From NCBI RefSeq assembly GCF_026571515.1, contig NW_026860638.1:1-64000 (forward strand): 64,000 nt of DNA. The letters are read 5' to 3'. The DNA comes from Ruditapes philippinarum (Eukaryota). A program made the position numbers and the translations under genes. Within the stretch, counting starts at the first letter, position 1, and every line of letters begins with the position of its first letter. The notes under the pieces are model-generated. The model was not told the DNA's origin. It made no database searches and worked only from the letters and a program-made list of their open reading frames with translations. Positions 1 through 12,710 of this stretch are shown here, one piece after another.

Positions 1-376
1 CATCGTTATACCCTTGCAGCTTTGTTTCCGTTCATTATATTTCAACATATACGTAGCTATAGACTATGTTATTATTTGTAGCTTGAACGGTAATAGTGTA
101 CTATTATACGTTAATGTATTTGCTTTGAATAGTGATTTTTGTCATTATTAATGAATTATTTTATTACTATTCTTTTTGCTCGAAGAATTAAATATATTGT
201 ATGGAATATAAATAAATGATGAGCTGAAAATTACTACACTGTTATTTGATGTCAGAACTGAAACTTTACAATTCTTTCACTTCACTGAATATTAGTAAGA
301 CGCATAAGACGCATTGCATTTTTGTAAACTATTTAAAATATTTTTGAAATTACATTTTAAATATAAAACAAAAATA

Positions 377-3300
377 ATGTATACCTTACATGCGCCTTAT
401 TTGGTATCAATTGTCAAAATTATCACAATTGTAATGCATATGATTTGCGCTCCGACCGAAGGCGTTCAGTTTGTTGAATATTCAACTAGATTTAATGAAA
501 ATCTGAAATCTTATGAGCTATTGTCCGTAATTACAAAAAGCAGAATAAGCTGTGGAAGTATTTGTGAGGAAACGGTGAGGTTTTCGATTTTATTTTCTTT
601 ATACGTTTGCCAGTTTGATATACATATAAAGCATTCAGTTTGTTGCAAGTTCGAACAAAACTTCTTCGTGACAATTGACCTTTTAGCCATTCGTCTTCCA
701 TCGCTGACTCAGATATCCTTGGGGATTAGTAGCTGGCTACTTGCAGAATGAACTGGTAATTACCGCTTATTTATCCAGGAAAGCCGGTAAGGAATATGAC
801 CAAAATGTGTAAGAAATAGTGTAAACACAAATAAGTTTAGCATTATTTACACATTTGGACTCAAATTATAACAAGCTTCATTTTTGTCATTATCAATGGT
901 TATATGAAGTTATTAATACCAATTATAAGGTTTCATTTCAAATGCTTAATCATATTTTATGTTACTGAAATGGAATTGTTGTAAAGAAAGTAAAAATCGT
1001 TTCAAAAAATTAGTTAACTCTATATATAATTCTTTATGACAGAATTGTTCATCTTTTACGTTCCAAGCCGTCAACAAAACTTGCACGTTATATAGTGTAT
1101 TTATGGCGTCAGCTGATAACGCAATTCAGGGCAGATATTACGTCAGATCAACGGCGGAAGAACATATCATAACAGGTACTTAATTATAATAATTTAGGAT
1201 TATTTAAATCACAATATGCACGTGACATATAATTTTCTAGTTTCAATGATTTAGTAATTTAATGAGTGGCCTGAAGATATAGTATACTCAAATGTGATAT
1301 ATTAATACTGTTATTTGTTACACAGTCTATTTTATATTTGAAAAAATGTATAAAAAATCGCTCAAGATCAAGATTTGTTACCATTTTAGCTCAACTCACT
1401 GTATGTAAACTCAGCATAAATACAAAGTATAGTTTATAAAGAAAGAACCATATAAACTTGTAAAATAAAATTTATAAAATTTCCTACCGAATTTAAAAAA
1501 GTGTGTATTCACATCGATTTCATAAAACTGTAGTAATATCTTAATGTTATTTAATACAATTAATGCTATTGAATACACATGGAATGCAAAAATAAATAAA
1601 TAAGATTTCAACTATTTTTCTAAAGTTCTACTTACTGGAAAGCTACAATCATTTATTCTTTCAATTTACGTATCTTGGTACAATGTTTCTATCAGGGTTC
1701 CAACAAATATCCCACTATTGACTGATGTGTGTACACTTAAAATGAGAGAAAGAAATTGGTGTTTTCATGATAAATCTGTGAAAGTCAAGCGCTCGAAATG
1801 ACTAAGGAGTAAGGATCTTGCTCTAGATTTTAAGTCACACCACAAAAGTTATTTTTAATATGATGGGAATGGAAATTATTTTTCGAAATTCTAAACCACA
1901 ATGGGTCTATAACAATAAGTTATTTGCAAAACATTTATCATCTGTTTATAACGTTTCTTTTTCTTTCTTTTTTATTTTTAAACAGCAACAAAAAAACCAA
2001 ATCATTTCATGGTACAAGTGAGCTTAAAAAAAAAGATATTTAGCGTAGCCTTTTAGTTAAAAATGGTGATGTTGAACGTGTAACATTTTAGATTTTTATG
2101 TTTGTAGGCTTTTGGACGTCAGCGAAGATCCTTTTATATACATATAGACGAGAATTAATTTAGCTCCATTTGTACTCAATTAAGCTACTTGGGTTCCCTG
2201 CCTACATTTACCTTACGTGGTGTAAGGAGAAATAGATTCAGACTATCAATTAAGCCAGCTTCAAGATTTATTTTGTTTGTCTTTTTACGCCAAACTGCTC
2301 ATGTTTTATTTGATTTAACACCGATTTACAAATAGAAATCAATGAAACATGTTTGGCGAATAACGTTCGAGTAAACATTTGAATGCATTACTCATTCAAT
2401 ATCTTTTTCCAATTGTCATGTAATTTATAATTAATATTGATTAATTTGTTTGATCAAGTGTCCAAAATTTGTTAAAAAGTGGGGACTGTTGAGAAGTACT
2501 GGCAGTACTTATTCAGTAGTCAATATTGGGGAGAATGTGTCATTATTTTTATAAGATAAGTTGTTTATAGCATTACTCAGTTTAATCTTTCTATCTGAAG
2601 GCAATATAAGCATTCCCATTGTATTGAAAAACGCTGTTACATTTATGTGTACTCATTATTCATATTTCCTATAGTATGTACCCTTTATTTTTATCATCAG
2701 GTATATTTAATTTTGTGTTGTAAATTTAGACAGTTTTGCGAAATATTAAATTTTTATAATCACTGTTTTGAGTTCGGATGCGAGTAATAATATGACTCTC
2801 GTGATACAATGCCTCGTACATCTGAACTTCAAACACTGATTTTATTAAGCGATAAAATCACTGCTTTGGATAAATATTTTTATTCTTACACGATATCGAA
2901 AAATAAATGCTGCTGCACCCGATATCAAGCTAAATTGTGCTTGATTTGTTCCCGTACTTATTGAAAGAAGACTTGATGCGTGGTCTCACGCATGTTTGTG
3001 AACATAAATTTTAACAAAACAGGATACATGACTTGATCACGACTAAACGTTATTTATAAGATGTAATTTATGAATGCTTTTTCAAAATTAAACTAATAAC
3101 TTCACAGTGCTAGGTTAGAATAAAGTTTGCAAAAGCTATTTTTATCAATATGAATTTCAGAAGTTACAGAGACTTGCAGCAGTGGCAATGAATTACCAAC
3201 TTCAAGTCCAAATGTTGCTCTAAATAAACCGGTGTCGTTAAGCTCTTATTATGCAACCTCCTCGCCTGGTAGTTTAATGGTAAGTTGTCAGTGAATTTAC

Positions 3301-3584
3301 ACCATAACAATATTAAACGACACATTATATTTTCTCGAAAGCACCATATAAATATTTGAGGGAGGTCACTGGAACAAATATTTGACAACACCAGTACCAA
3401 TATTAAAGAACACAGTTTAAATTTATTTTGAAAATAAACATTGTTTGAACAGAAAGTAACAATAAAAGGTATTTCTGAAAAACACAAAAACAAATATTCA
3501 AAAATACAAACAAAAATACGAATGTTTAAAATCAACGTAAACACAAAAAAAAAAACGACAGGTTTAGGTGTACATTTTTACCAG

Positions 3585-3627
<43 letters not shown>

Positions 3628-4968
3628 TATTTATAATTATATTCTATTTTATTCTGAAGAAGTTTCAAATGTAAGAAAAATGTATTATGTTATCAGACGG
3701 ACGGAAGTCGTGTACCTTCATGGCCTTGCGCTTGCACAACGTACGAGAAATATCCTGAAGCAGTTGTTGATCTCGGGCTGCCGTTTGCCATCACTGCAAT
3801 GTACATAGTAAACAGGGGAGACTGTTGCCGTGAGTGTATTATTGCACCTTTTGTAAAATAACTGTCATTTTAGTGTTCTTAAAGGTTATATAAATTATGA
3901 CTGTTTAAAAAGAAGAAAAGTTTGCCATAATAATTATCAAAGCAGCCAAGAACACCGCCAGAGGACACTTTTCAAGGTTTAGGTTTAGTCATTGTTCTTT
4001 TTTGTCATTGCTGCCCAGTAATGATATAAAATGCAATGTTACAGTTTTGTGGTTAATTACTTAATTAATGCGTTTTTTTCCAAGTTACTGTATGTCAATT
4101 TTGTTTTCCAATTGGTTGGTAAATCAACGCACACGAGGGAAAAGGCACAATGTTTCATCAAATAAGAAACAGAACATTTATAGTAACTTCTGCAATTATT
4201 TTAGTATTCTTATAGAACCATTTGATATTTATAAATATATATATTTGAAGCAAAAGGTTGTAGATGATATGCCTGTCTTCAATTATTCACTTGGAACTGG
4301 TAATGGGAGTTACATGTTTATGCATTACAATTCAACAGTGGAATTTATTTTTTATTTGTGTAGCAAACATGATGATATCATAATTTAAGAAATCATTTTT
4401 GAAAGTGCACGCTGCATGCATTTGCAGTGAGATCCTGTGTGGCTGGATTTTTCCTGGAACTGTGTTCTGTGAATGTCATCATCTTTTGTCGGACATAATT
4501 CAGAGTGAAATATGTAAAGATGCACAATTATTAAACAAAATGTCATTTGATGTAATTTTAAAAACCTCTTCAAATACATAATCAAATGTTACATGAAAGA
4601 AGAGATTTTCATTTTTTTTCTTCTCAGGAATTATGCCGAAATATGACATGATACAGCCATAAACTGAGCTGCTACAAGATCACTCTTAAATGAACATTTG
4701 CATTTAGTGTTCTTATCTTTGATTGATCTTATATTATAACCCAAAATATTAATGTTTATGTTTTTCAGCTGAGAGATTACATGATCTCGTTATCCAGGTA
4801 GGGGACGACATGTCAAATCTGAAAACAATTTTTAACAATACTGGCGCAATTGGTGCAACCTGCACAGTCTTATTTGATAAACAGCAACAAGGACGCTACG
4901 TCAAGTTGTACATTGAAGGAACATCATTTCTGACTGTGTGTGAACTAGAAGTCTACAGTAGCGGATAA
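377..4968 (+). CDS. Secreted PAN/apple + F-type lectin (fucolectin, F5/8C-like fold) protein, paralogue 1; 5 exons, ~260 aa
   Basis: Exons 377-574, 1043-1175, 3161-3279, 3697-3829, 4769-4968, all with GT..AG introns and compatible phases (783 nt). Hydrophobic N-terminus. PAN-type CGSICEET-NCSSFTF...CTLY. F-type lectin hallmarks NVALNKPVSLSS, TDG, VVDLG, NRGDCCPERL, GRYVKL, LTVCELEVY. Confidence 0.88.
2761..2838. repeat. Imperfect inverted repeat, probable MITE fragment in intron 2
   Basis: cactgttttgagttcggatgcgag ... ctcgtacatctgaacttcaaacactg are approximate reverse complements. Confidence 0.4.
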
Positions 4969-7900
4969 ATGCTCATCAAGCAATCTGACCTATGTGTTGG
5001 TTACTAGCATTTTCAAACAGACATGTAGCATTTAATTTTTATTCGCGGTTTCAAAGATTAAGCAAACGCACTGCATAGATGGAAACATACGATGGATACA
5101 TGAAAAGTGTTCCAATTCTCTTTAATATCTATTGTACTCAATTCCAATGTTTTACACTTCTTAGCAATGAGAGTTGCTATAAGTTTTAGTACTCAAAATA
5201 TGTTAAACATTTCATCAAATCTTACGCATTAGTTCATTTGAAACAACACTGATAACGGATTTCGTATCAACTGTAGGCCTGACATGGAACTTTTAGAATC
5301 TGCAGCAGTGAAGCTCTTTGTTCTTTGTACGTGTTGGCATACAAATGGTGAAATATATATGAACCGTCTTGTGATGTATAGAAGATGAGCGGGAACCTAT
5401 TTGAGTTTAGACATCATTGTGATCATTGTGTCCTGATAAGCATAATTTACTTTTAAATCGATTGCATTGGCAATAAATCAACCGCTTTGTTATACAATAA
5501 CAAGTTTTACAAAAATCAATTCTAAAAAAATATTTTCAGTGTAGATAACAGTTGTCCATTGAAATCATCTGAGCAAATTGTAAACACCAGAACAATGTAG
5601 AATAAATATCGTTATTTCAAAAAGCTAAATATTTAATTGATTAAATAATTTCAAGTCAATAGTGGCGGACTTTATTGACTGTAACATTATCTTTTTTGTC
5701 ACTGTTGAGCTGAATCTGAATAAGTAACATATTTTAGGAAATTTACTATTATTATGGTGATTAATAATTGATTATAAAAAAATGTTGACAATAAAGAGTA
5801 AATCTCTTTAATTACAAGAGAGACTGCCCCACACTACGATACTGATTCGTTTCGAATTATATTTTTAGAAATATCCACGGGTAACGTGGATAATTGTTTT
5901 TTTGCACAGTAAATTATAATATTGAACGCAATAATGGCAAAAACTAAAATGGACCTACCTGTGCACCCACCATTTACACTTTGATGGGCATAATTTTGGT
6001 TAAATACGAAGTGTGTTTGTGCATCTATAAATAACAATTGCAAACAAATGAAGGGAAAAAATAGCCAATATAAAAGCTGAGCCTTTTACGTTTTCCTGCA
6101 AATATCAAATTGTAAAAGTGTGATAAATTGCCTGATAAACTTCGTACATTTTCTTTGTTTTTATAAATAAACGGTCTTCAGCTAATTCATCACTGCATCA
6201 TTACGTTCCGATAATTGTCTGACCGAATGCCTCTTCACGTTGTCTTTATTAATTATAAATTGCATACAGTTTATTTGATATTCTCGAGTCGTCTTCGTCA
6301 AATCAAAGTAGGTATTTGTATATAGGATATCGACCGAGTACAAAGTCTTTCTGTTCAGGAGAGACCCTGTGACGAATTTTATGAGACACCGAGCTCACGT
6401 AGCGCTAGATGTGTTTCATGAAATTAAACAAAATGAATAAGTGCATACAATTGCTGTGACATTCATCTTTAACCACCGACATTATGAATTTTCCCAATGA
6501 AAATGTTTTCATTTTAGGATCATTCGTGAAGATGACGATCTGACTACTGTTTTGAAGGCCACTTTTGTGTTTTGACAATATTGCTAAGTACAATTACGCA
6601 TTTAAAACATTTGACTTTTCACATCCGGTATACGTTTGACATTTGCAAAACCATTAGTATAACATTATTCTTGAAGGAAGCAGATAAAATATGCTTCAGC
6701 TGCTTTTCATCAGGTAGCTAGCGTTGCTTCGACGCATTATAAACGAAATAGCATAAGTCCATAGCATAAATATAACCTTCTTAACGCTTACAGTAAACTG
6801 CATAACTATACCACTTTCGTCGTTTTAGACGTAAATTGGTTTGATACCCTATTGTTTACACCGTTTGCACCAATAAAAGTGTCATCAATTAGGCGTACCC
6901 AAGTTTACACTGAAGCCGACTATATTATTAGAAATACATAGTCTAAGAAGTTTAAAAAAAATTATATAGTTTTATTGATAATGCGTTGTTAGTTAAATAA
7001 TTCAAGATGTTTCCAAAGTTTGATTAAAGCAACATTCGGCTCTTTTTTTATCGCTGTTAAGATTGGTTGAATAAGTAATATATCTCAAGAATTTGACTAT
7101 TTTATAAGTAATTGACTAATAAATGGAACTCATAAAAGCTTAGGGTAAAATATAAAAACTATCTTAATAAATTATAAAAAAAAATCAACGTTATCGATTG
7201 ATTTGTAACAATAGTAAAAGAAAAAGAAAATTCCATAGGCTATTTGGATTGTTGGTTATTTTAGCATTATGATAGTGAAATATAAAATTGAACAAAATAA
7301 CGCTATTGTAATAGTTGTGATGATGATAATTATTACTTTGTTCCTGAATCTTTTATTTTTTCTTAAAATCACTGTTTTTTGTTAGTATAATTATTTAAAC
7401 TGGTGGCATGCAGCCTTCAGGTAGAATAATGTTTTCGATTACTGCATGCACAAAATCGAAGAAAATCCTACTTAGAATAGTAATTGGATATTTTCAGGTG
7501 TGCGTTAAATTTAAAAGCTCATGATTGGGGAACACCAAGACAAATAGATGATTGAAAAATAAATACTTAGAAATACATAGAATGTAATTAAAATTTAATT
7601 AAACTTTGCATAAACTCAAAATATGATAACAGAAACATATTCAGCGGAAACAAAGTTATATTAAATAGTGTAAAAAATCACAGTGGGAACATTTTGAAAA
7701 AAAAACAACAACACTTGTTCTCCATGTTCTCGTTTTAATACCTAAGCTTTGCATTGTAACCTTCTAATTCCTTTTACAATCATTTAAATGTAAATAGTCA
7801 ATATTTTGTGCGCTTCATTGTTTTTTTAATCTTTCACGACTTCAAAAAATTAAAACATAAGCTTATTTACCCTTTCTTGTTGACAGAGTGTTGGATTAGA

Positions 7901-10261
7901 ACACTTGTCGATTTTGGATCATTCGTCAGTTGCATGATGTGCTACCATTGCATAATTAATGGAAAAATCTTTTATGATCCTTTTTCGGATGCAAGTGTAA
8001 TGGGTACAACACGACGAACAATAAAACATTCATAATCATAAATCCCTCTTTTCTGATTAATTATGCATTGCTTTTAGCTACATAATGCCGTACAATATAT
8101 GAGTGGCAATGTACTTTTTAAATCATGTTTTATGTGTTCTATGTATATTGTTGTATGTATGTACATTGATGAGACTAAAATAAAGATTGAATATATATAC
8201 AATTTATTCTCTATCTCTAGTTTTCACACTCTCGTATTGTTTGTGAAACCAAGGCTGATTAACAAAGTTTTTACACTTTTCTATATTTTTCTTTTGCATT
8301 ATAGATGTCTGTATTGAATAAAAAATAAAAAAACGCCTGTAGACTTTTATTATCCATTTTCCTTTTATTTCTATTTGCACTGTTTTGTGATTCTTTTAAT
8401 GATACTGTCAATATTGCATATGGTTGCAAATTTCATAAAGTAAACATGAACAAAAATATAATAGGGGCACCTCAATCTAAATAGGAGTTGTCTTACATTG
8501 AAGAAACATATATTTTGTATGTTTATAATCAAATTTTTTATATGTCTACAAAAATGTTGTTCCCTTAGCTACAATAAGTTATTATGTCATTGTTATGCAA
8601 GCATTGCTAACATCTTATATAACAAGATATACGGCAGCTTGTAAATTAATCATTGGCGGAGGCAGATTTTTCAAAAGTATTCTCAAAATGTCGTGTACCT
8701 TTCTGAAGGTGAAAAAATATAGCATGATATATTACATGTATTAGAAACAGGGATGATCTGAAATCAAGGAACGGAATATAGCCAGACAATCACGTGGAGT
8801 GTGAGATAAGCTCATGTAAGATAAGATTTTCTAGCAATGCTATTCTTGTCGGTCGTATTAAATGCATGCTACAGTCCACTGTTTAAGCAGAATTCATCTT
8901 TTAACATGAGAATTGTAAAATTTTGAAGTTATGAATACATACGCAGGTGTGTTTATACAACGGATATCATTATTTTTCAATGAAAACATGAATTAAATGA
9001 GATTTCAACAGTCTGACATATGCAAATGTAAAGGTATCCTACATTCTGCAGTAATGTATCAAATGATGTTATGACTGTTTTACTTTACACCTTTGGTGCA
9101 TCTAGATATAATCTGGAAAATACATGTATAGTAAGAAGTTTAACGTCTAGTAAAATTATGGTTAATGGGTTTCAAAGATTAAGTTCAGTATATGAAACGA
9201 CATAACAAATATTTTTTCAAAACCCAAAATACAAAAATTATGCATGATTAGTACAAATAGCCTTGAGTACTAGCGTTGCGACATTTAGGTCCTTGATCCG
9301 ATACTGTTAATGTTAGGTATTGAATACCGCTTAGGTTGCCACTGGGAGGCATATTTAGTTTTGCATTTAAACACATGAAAAGCCTCAATGAAACTGTGTT
9401 TGTCCTCTTTCAAAATATGTACAGGGAGAAAATGCCAATAGCGTTTAGCTTGTTTGTGGCCAGAAACATGTAATTGTTGCTCTGTTAAGCATCAAAGTAA
9501 TCATAAATTTGAATTCAGGGATCTATATTATCGTTTTATTATTCATGGGATAATCAATCAAATCACAATGTTTGTTGTTCCGTTTCAAGAGCAGTTGAAA
9601 ATAGTTAATAAAACATAAACATTTCAGTAAAATAACTGAACAAAATGTAAAGATGTGTTTTAATACAAATGTATTTTACATGTTTAATTTATTAAGCGTA
9701 ACAATCAGTCTTTGCTACAGTCCCCGTAGGTTTGATTACAAACAATAAAATCATCCGCAATCATTTGATTTGCAAATTAGCATGCATTAATGATATACCT
9801 GAGAACGGCCAAAACGGCAATTGAAAATATTGCAGTTAGACTCGACTTTATTCTTACTTTTTCTATTCCTTCCTACTTTTAAACCTGGGTCAAACTGTTT
9901 ACTAATTTGAAAATAGACTGTTTATCCATGATCTTGTTTTCAAAATGAATGTAACCAAATATGACAACTGACTTTCATCATATGATCTGTAGTTCATGTA
10001 TGAAAGCAAATTGTTTCACCTTGTGACGTCCATTTTTGGTTTTGACAAGTCATCCAGTAATTTACTGACGATTAAAGATATGTTTGTTTCCAGCATAGAC
10101 AGAACTAAAGATACAAACATTACTAGTGTCGTTTTGCTGTTAGCATAATACGGTAATTTCAAACTAAATTGTAAATAAAACATTTCTTTTATCCCTACGT
10201 TTTAACATACAAATCGTTAATTTGTCCTACTGTTAACTCAAAAGAGTCCTACATTTCCCTT

Positions 10262-10962
10262 TGTCGTGAATTTCCTTTTAATTGTATTTTATAATCCAAG
10301 ACATTGGAAGAAAGAACACATTTCCTTCTTGAATATTAATTTAATTTATAACACAACACGTTTTAATCCAATTAAACTATTTTATTTAATCATCACAAAT
10401 ATAATCCAATTATTTGACTTATTTGACTTAAACAATTTCATTTAATAATCACAAATATAATCCAAGTATTTAATTTAACAACCTTTATTAACAAATCAGT
10501 CTAACTTATTTTATTTCACCCACAATTAACTATATTTATGTCCCTATATATATAGCAAAACTTTCCCGCCTTTATAATTAAGCATGGCAAGAAAAGCATG
10601 TAAAACATGAAAACATAAATATCTCGTGCACAATAATTCACCGTCGGGGAACTAAAACAATAGGTTGCACGTGAAAAACCTTGAACTGACTGATAAAATA
10701 CGTGCAAACATGAATACATAAATATATCGTGTACAATAATTCACCGTCGGGGAACTGAAACAATAGGTTTACTAAATGCACGTGAAAAACATTGAAGTAA
10801 CTGATTAAAATACGTGCAAAATGCTACTATATCTTCACCGTCGGATAACTTAACAATAAAACTTTAAAGACACGGTGATATATGATGTAACTTACAAAGA
10901 AAATATTTCTTGATAAAAATAGTAGTATATTAAAATACATGTATATCGCAATATCTGCGACA
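10262..10962 (-). repeat. 3' LTR (701 bp)
   Basis: Direct repeat of 18527-19225 with TG...CA ends. Preceded on the - strand by a short purine run GGGAG (weak PPT, ~10963-10967). Confidence 0.96.
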
Positions 10963-11208
10963 CTCCCGACGAAGAAGATAAACTTAACAAATGTTTATAA
11001 CAAACATAACTAGATGTATTTAAAACTTTCTGTATTTTTCAATTCTTAGAATTAGTGAAAGTTTAAACTTACATTTAATACATTTTACATATGAAATATA
11101 TTTATTTTTAACAATTCCATTATTAATACCCACATATATACAAACAAGTTAATATAGTTATATGCAGTTCATTGTTCATATTCTTTTTGAATATCCTTTA
11201 AACTTAGT

Positions 11209-12408
11209 TCATTTTATCCATCGATCACCAGTTACATATTCTTCTTCATGTATTATATCATTCCCTCTGTAAGTATACACTGTTCTCCATGTCAAACAAT
11301 GGTACAAAGTTATTCGTCTTATGTCGTGTGTAGTTTCAAGCGCACTTTCATCTATATTAGTTTCATTGTCACTTATCAAAATGACGTCATCATTATTACT
11401 GTTTACGTCATCATTACTAAAGCTATCATCGCAATCATCACCACTGACTTCTCCATTTAAACTAACATCATTATCAGTATGTTCATCACTATCATTAGTG
11501 GATTTAATGTCAAGATTCTCATTTTCACTGTCAGCATTCATATTTGAATTCGCGTCATTCTCGCAATTTGTACTGACGTCATCTTCGTAATCGTCGCAAT
11601 TCGTATACTCGTCATCCTCGCAATTTATATGCACGTTATCCTCAGATTGGGAATCTGTTGTGTCAACTTTAGCATAAACATCAGCATTTAATTCATTTAT
11701 ATTATTGTCGACGTCATCAATGTCGCTTGTATGTTTAAGTTCATCATTTTCAATAATATTGCCATCATTATAATTCAAATCTAATTCATCATGACTTGTG
11801 TCGTTAGCAACAGACTGAATTTTCATTTTATCAATACTGTCGCTATAATCATAAGCCTTTGTACTTTCATTATCATCTGTTGCTGTCAGTTTATTATCAT
11901 TGACGTCACTTCTTGTTTCATCATAACAATCAATGCTTATATCTGGGTCTTGACCAATGTCGAAACTTTTTTCTGATTCTAATTCTGCACTAGAAATGTC
12001 ACTATAAATAGCATGACTAAGGTTTTCAGAATTAATTTTGACTTCAACTGTTACTATGTCTTTGTTGTTGTTGTTGTTGCTGCTGTTGTTGTTGCTATCT
12101 ACTTTGCAGCTATCGTCGAGGAGGTTAATGTCAAAGTCATTGATTTTTTCTTGAAATGTGTTGTTACTCCCTCTATCACTGTAAAGAACATATTGTCTCG
12201 CTTGACCCAAGGTAAAATCATGCACGTGAATTAAATGATTTTTTAAGTATCCTTTCCTTATAAAGGTAGATTGACATCCATTTACACCACAACGATATCT
12301 TCTTAATGCTGTATGTTTTTCAACCTTGTGCCGTCTAAGACTCCTATATTGTTTATATTCATTTGAGCATTCGTCACACATGTATCGTTTGAAATTTTTC
12401 TCATACAT
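11209..12408 (-). CDS. Retrotransposon accessory ORF2: two N-terminal C2H2 zinc fingers plus D/E/N/S-rich acidic region (399 aa)
   Basis: YMCDECSNEYKQYRSLRRHKVEKH and YRCGVNGCQSTFIRKGYLKNHLIHVH fit the C2H2 consensus. The ORF is intact, lies between the pol stop and the 3' LTR, and is on the same strand as gag-pol. Confidence 0.85.
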   Translation of the reverse strand: MYEKNFKRYMCDECSNEYKQYRSLRRHKVEKHTALRRYRCGVNGCQSTFIRKGYLKNHLIHVHDFTLGQARQYVLYSDRGSNNTFQEKINDFDINLLDDSCKVDSNNNSSNNNNNKDIVTVEVKINSENLSHAIYSDISSAELESEKSFDIGQDPDISIDCYDETRSDVNDNKLTATDDNESTKAYDYSDSIDKMKIQSVANDTSHDELDLNYNDGNIIENDELKHTSDIDDVDNNINELNADVYAKVDTTDSQSEDNVHINCEDDEYTNCDDYEDDVSTNCENDANSNMNADSENENLDIKSTNDSDEHTDNDVSLNGEVSGDDCDDSFSNDDVNSNNDDVILISDNETNIDESALETTHDIRRITLYHCLTWRTVYTYRGNDIIHEEEYVTGDRWIK

Positions 12409-12710
12409 ATTTGAGGCTTGTTGAAATCGTTTTAATAGTCTATCTCTCAGAACAGTATTTCAAATTATGCTCATGAATGTGTACAGTATAAACAAGCACG
12501 AATGTTTTCACAAAATTACGATTTTTCGTTAATTCACGTGCGAAATAAAAGACACTAAATCGTTTGCACCGGTGGTGTATAATGATAACTTGCTGTAGTT
12601 TCACGCAATTTTACTGAATTTCGAGAATCTGAAAATAGTAAAGAAAACAACTCACTTATTTCAAATAATTTCGTGATTGATTGTTATAACTATTTTATAA
12701 CAATATAGGC

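Noticed and set aside
314-751. 145-aa single-exon ORF
   Set aside because: Only 377-574 is coding. The rest is upstream sequence and read-through past the GT donor at 575.
10516-10719. Small ORFs within the LTRs (also 18495-18710, 18781-19136) and antisense ORFs over gag-pol/ORF2
   Set aside because: No recognisable motifs. Explained by LTR duplication, U3 repeats and antisense codon shadows.
11209-12408. ORF2 as an envelope (env) gene
   Set aside because: No signal peptide, furin site/fusion peptide or transmembrane segment. It has zinc fingers and an acidic tract instead.
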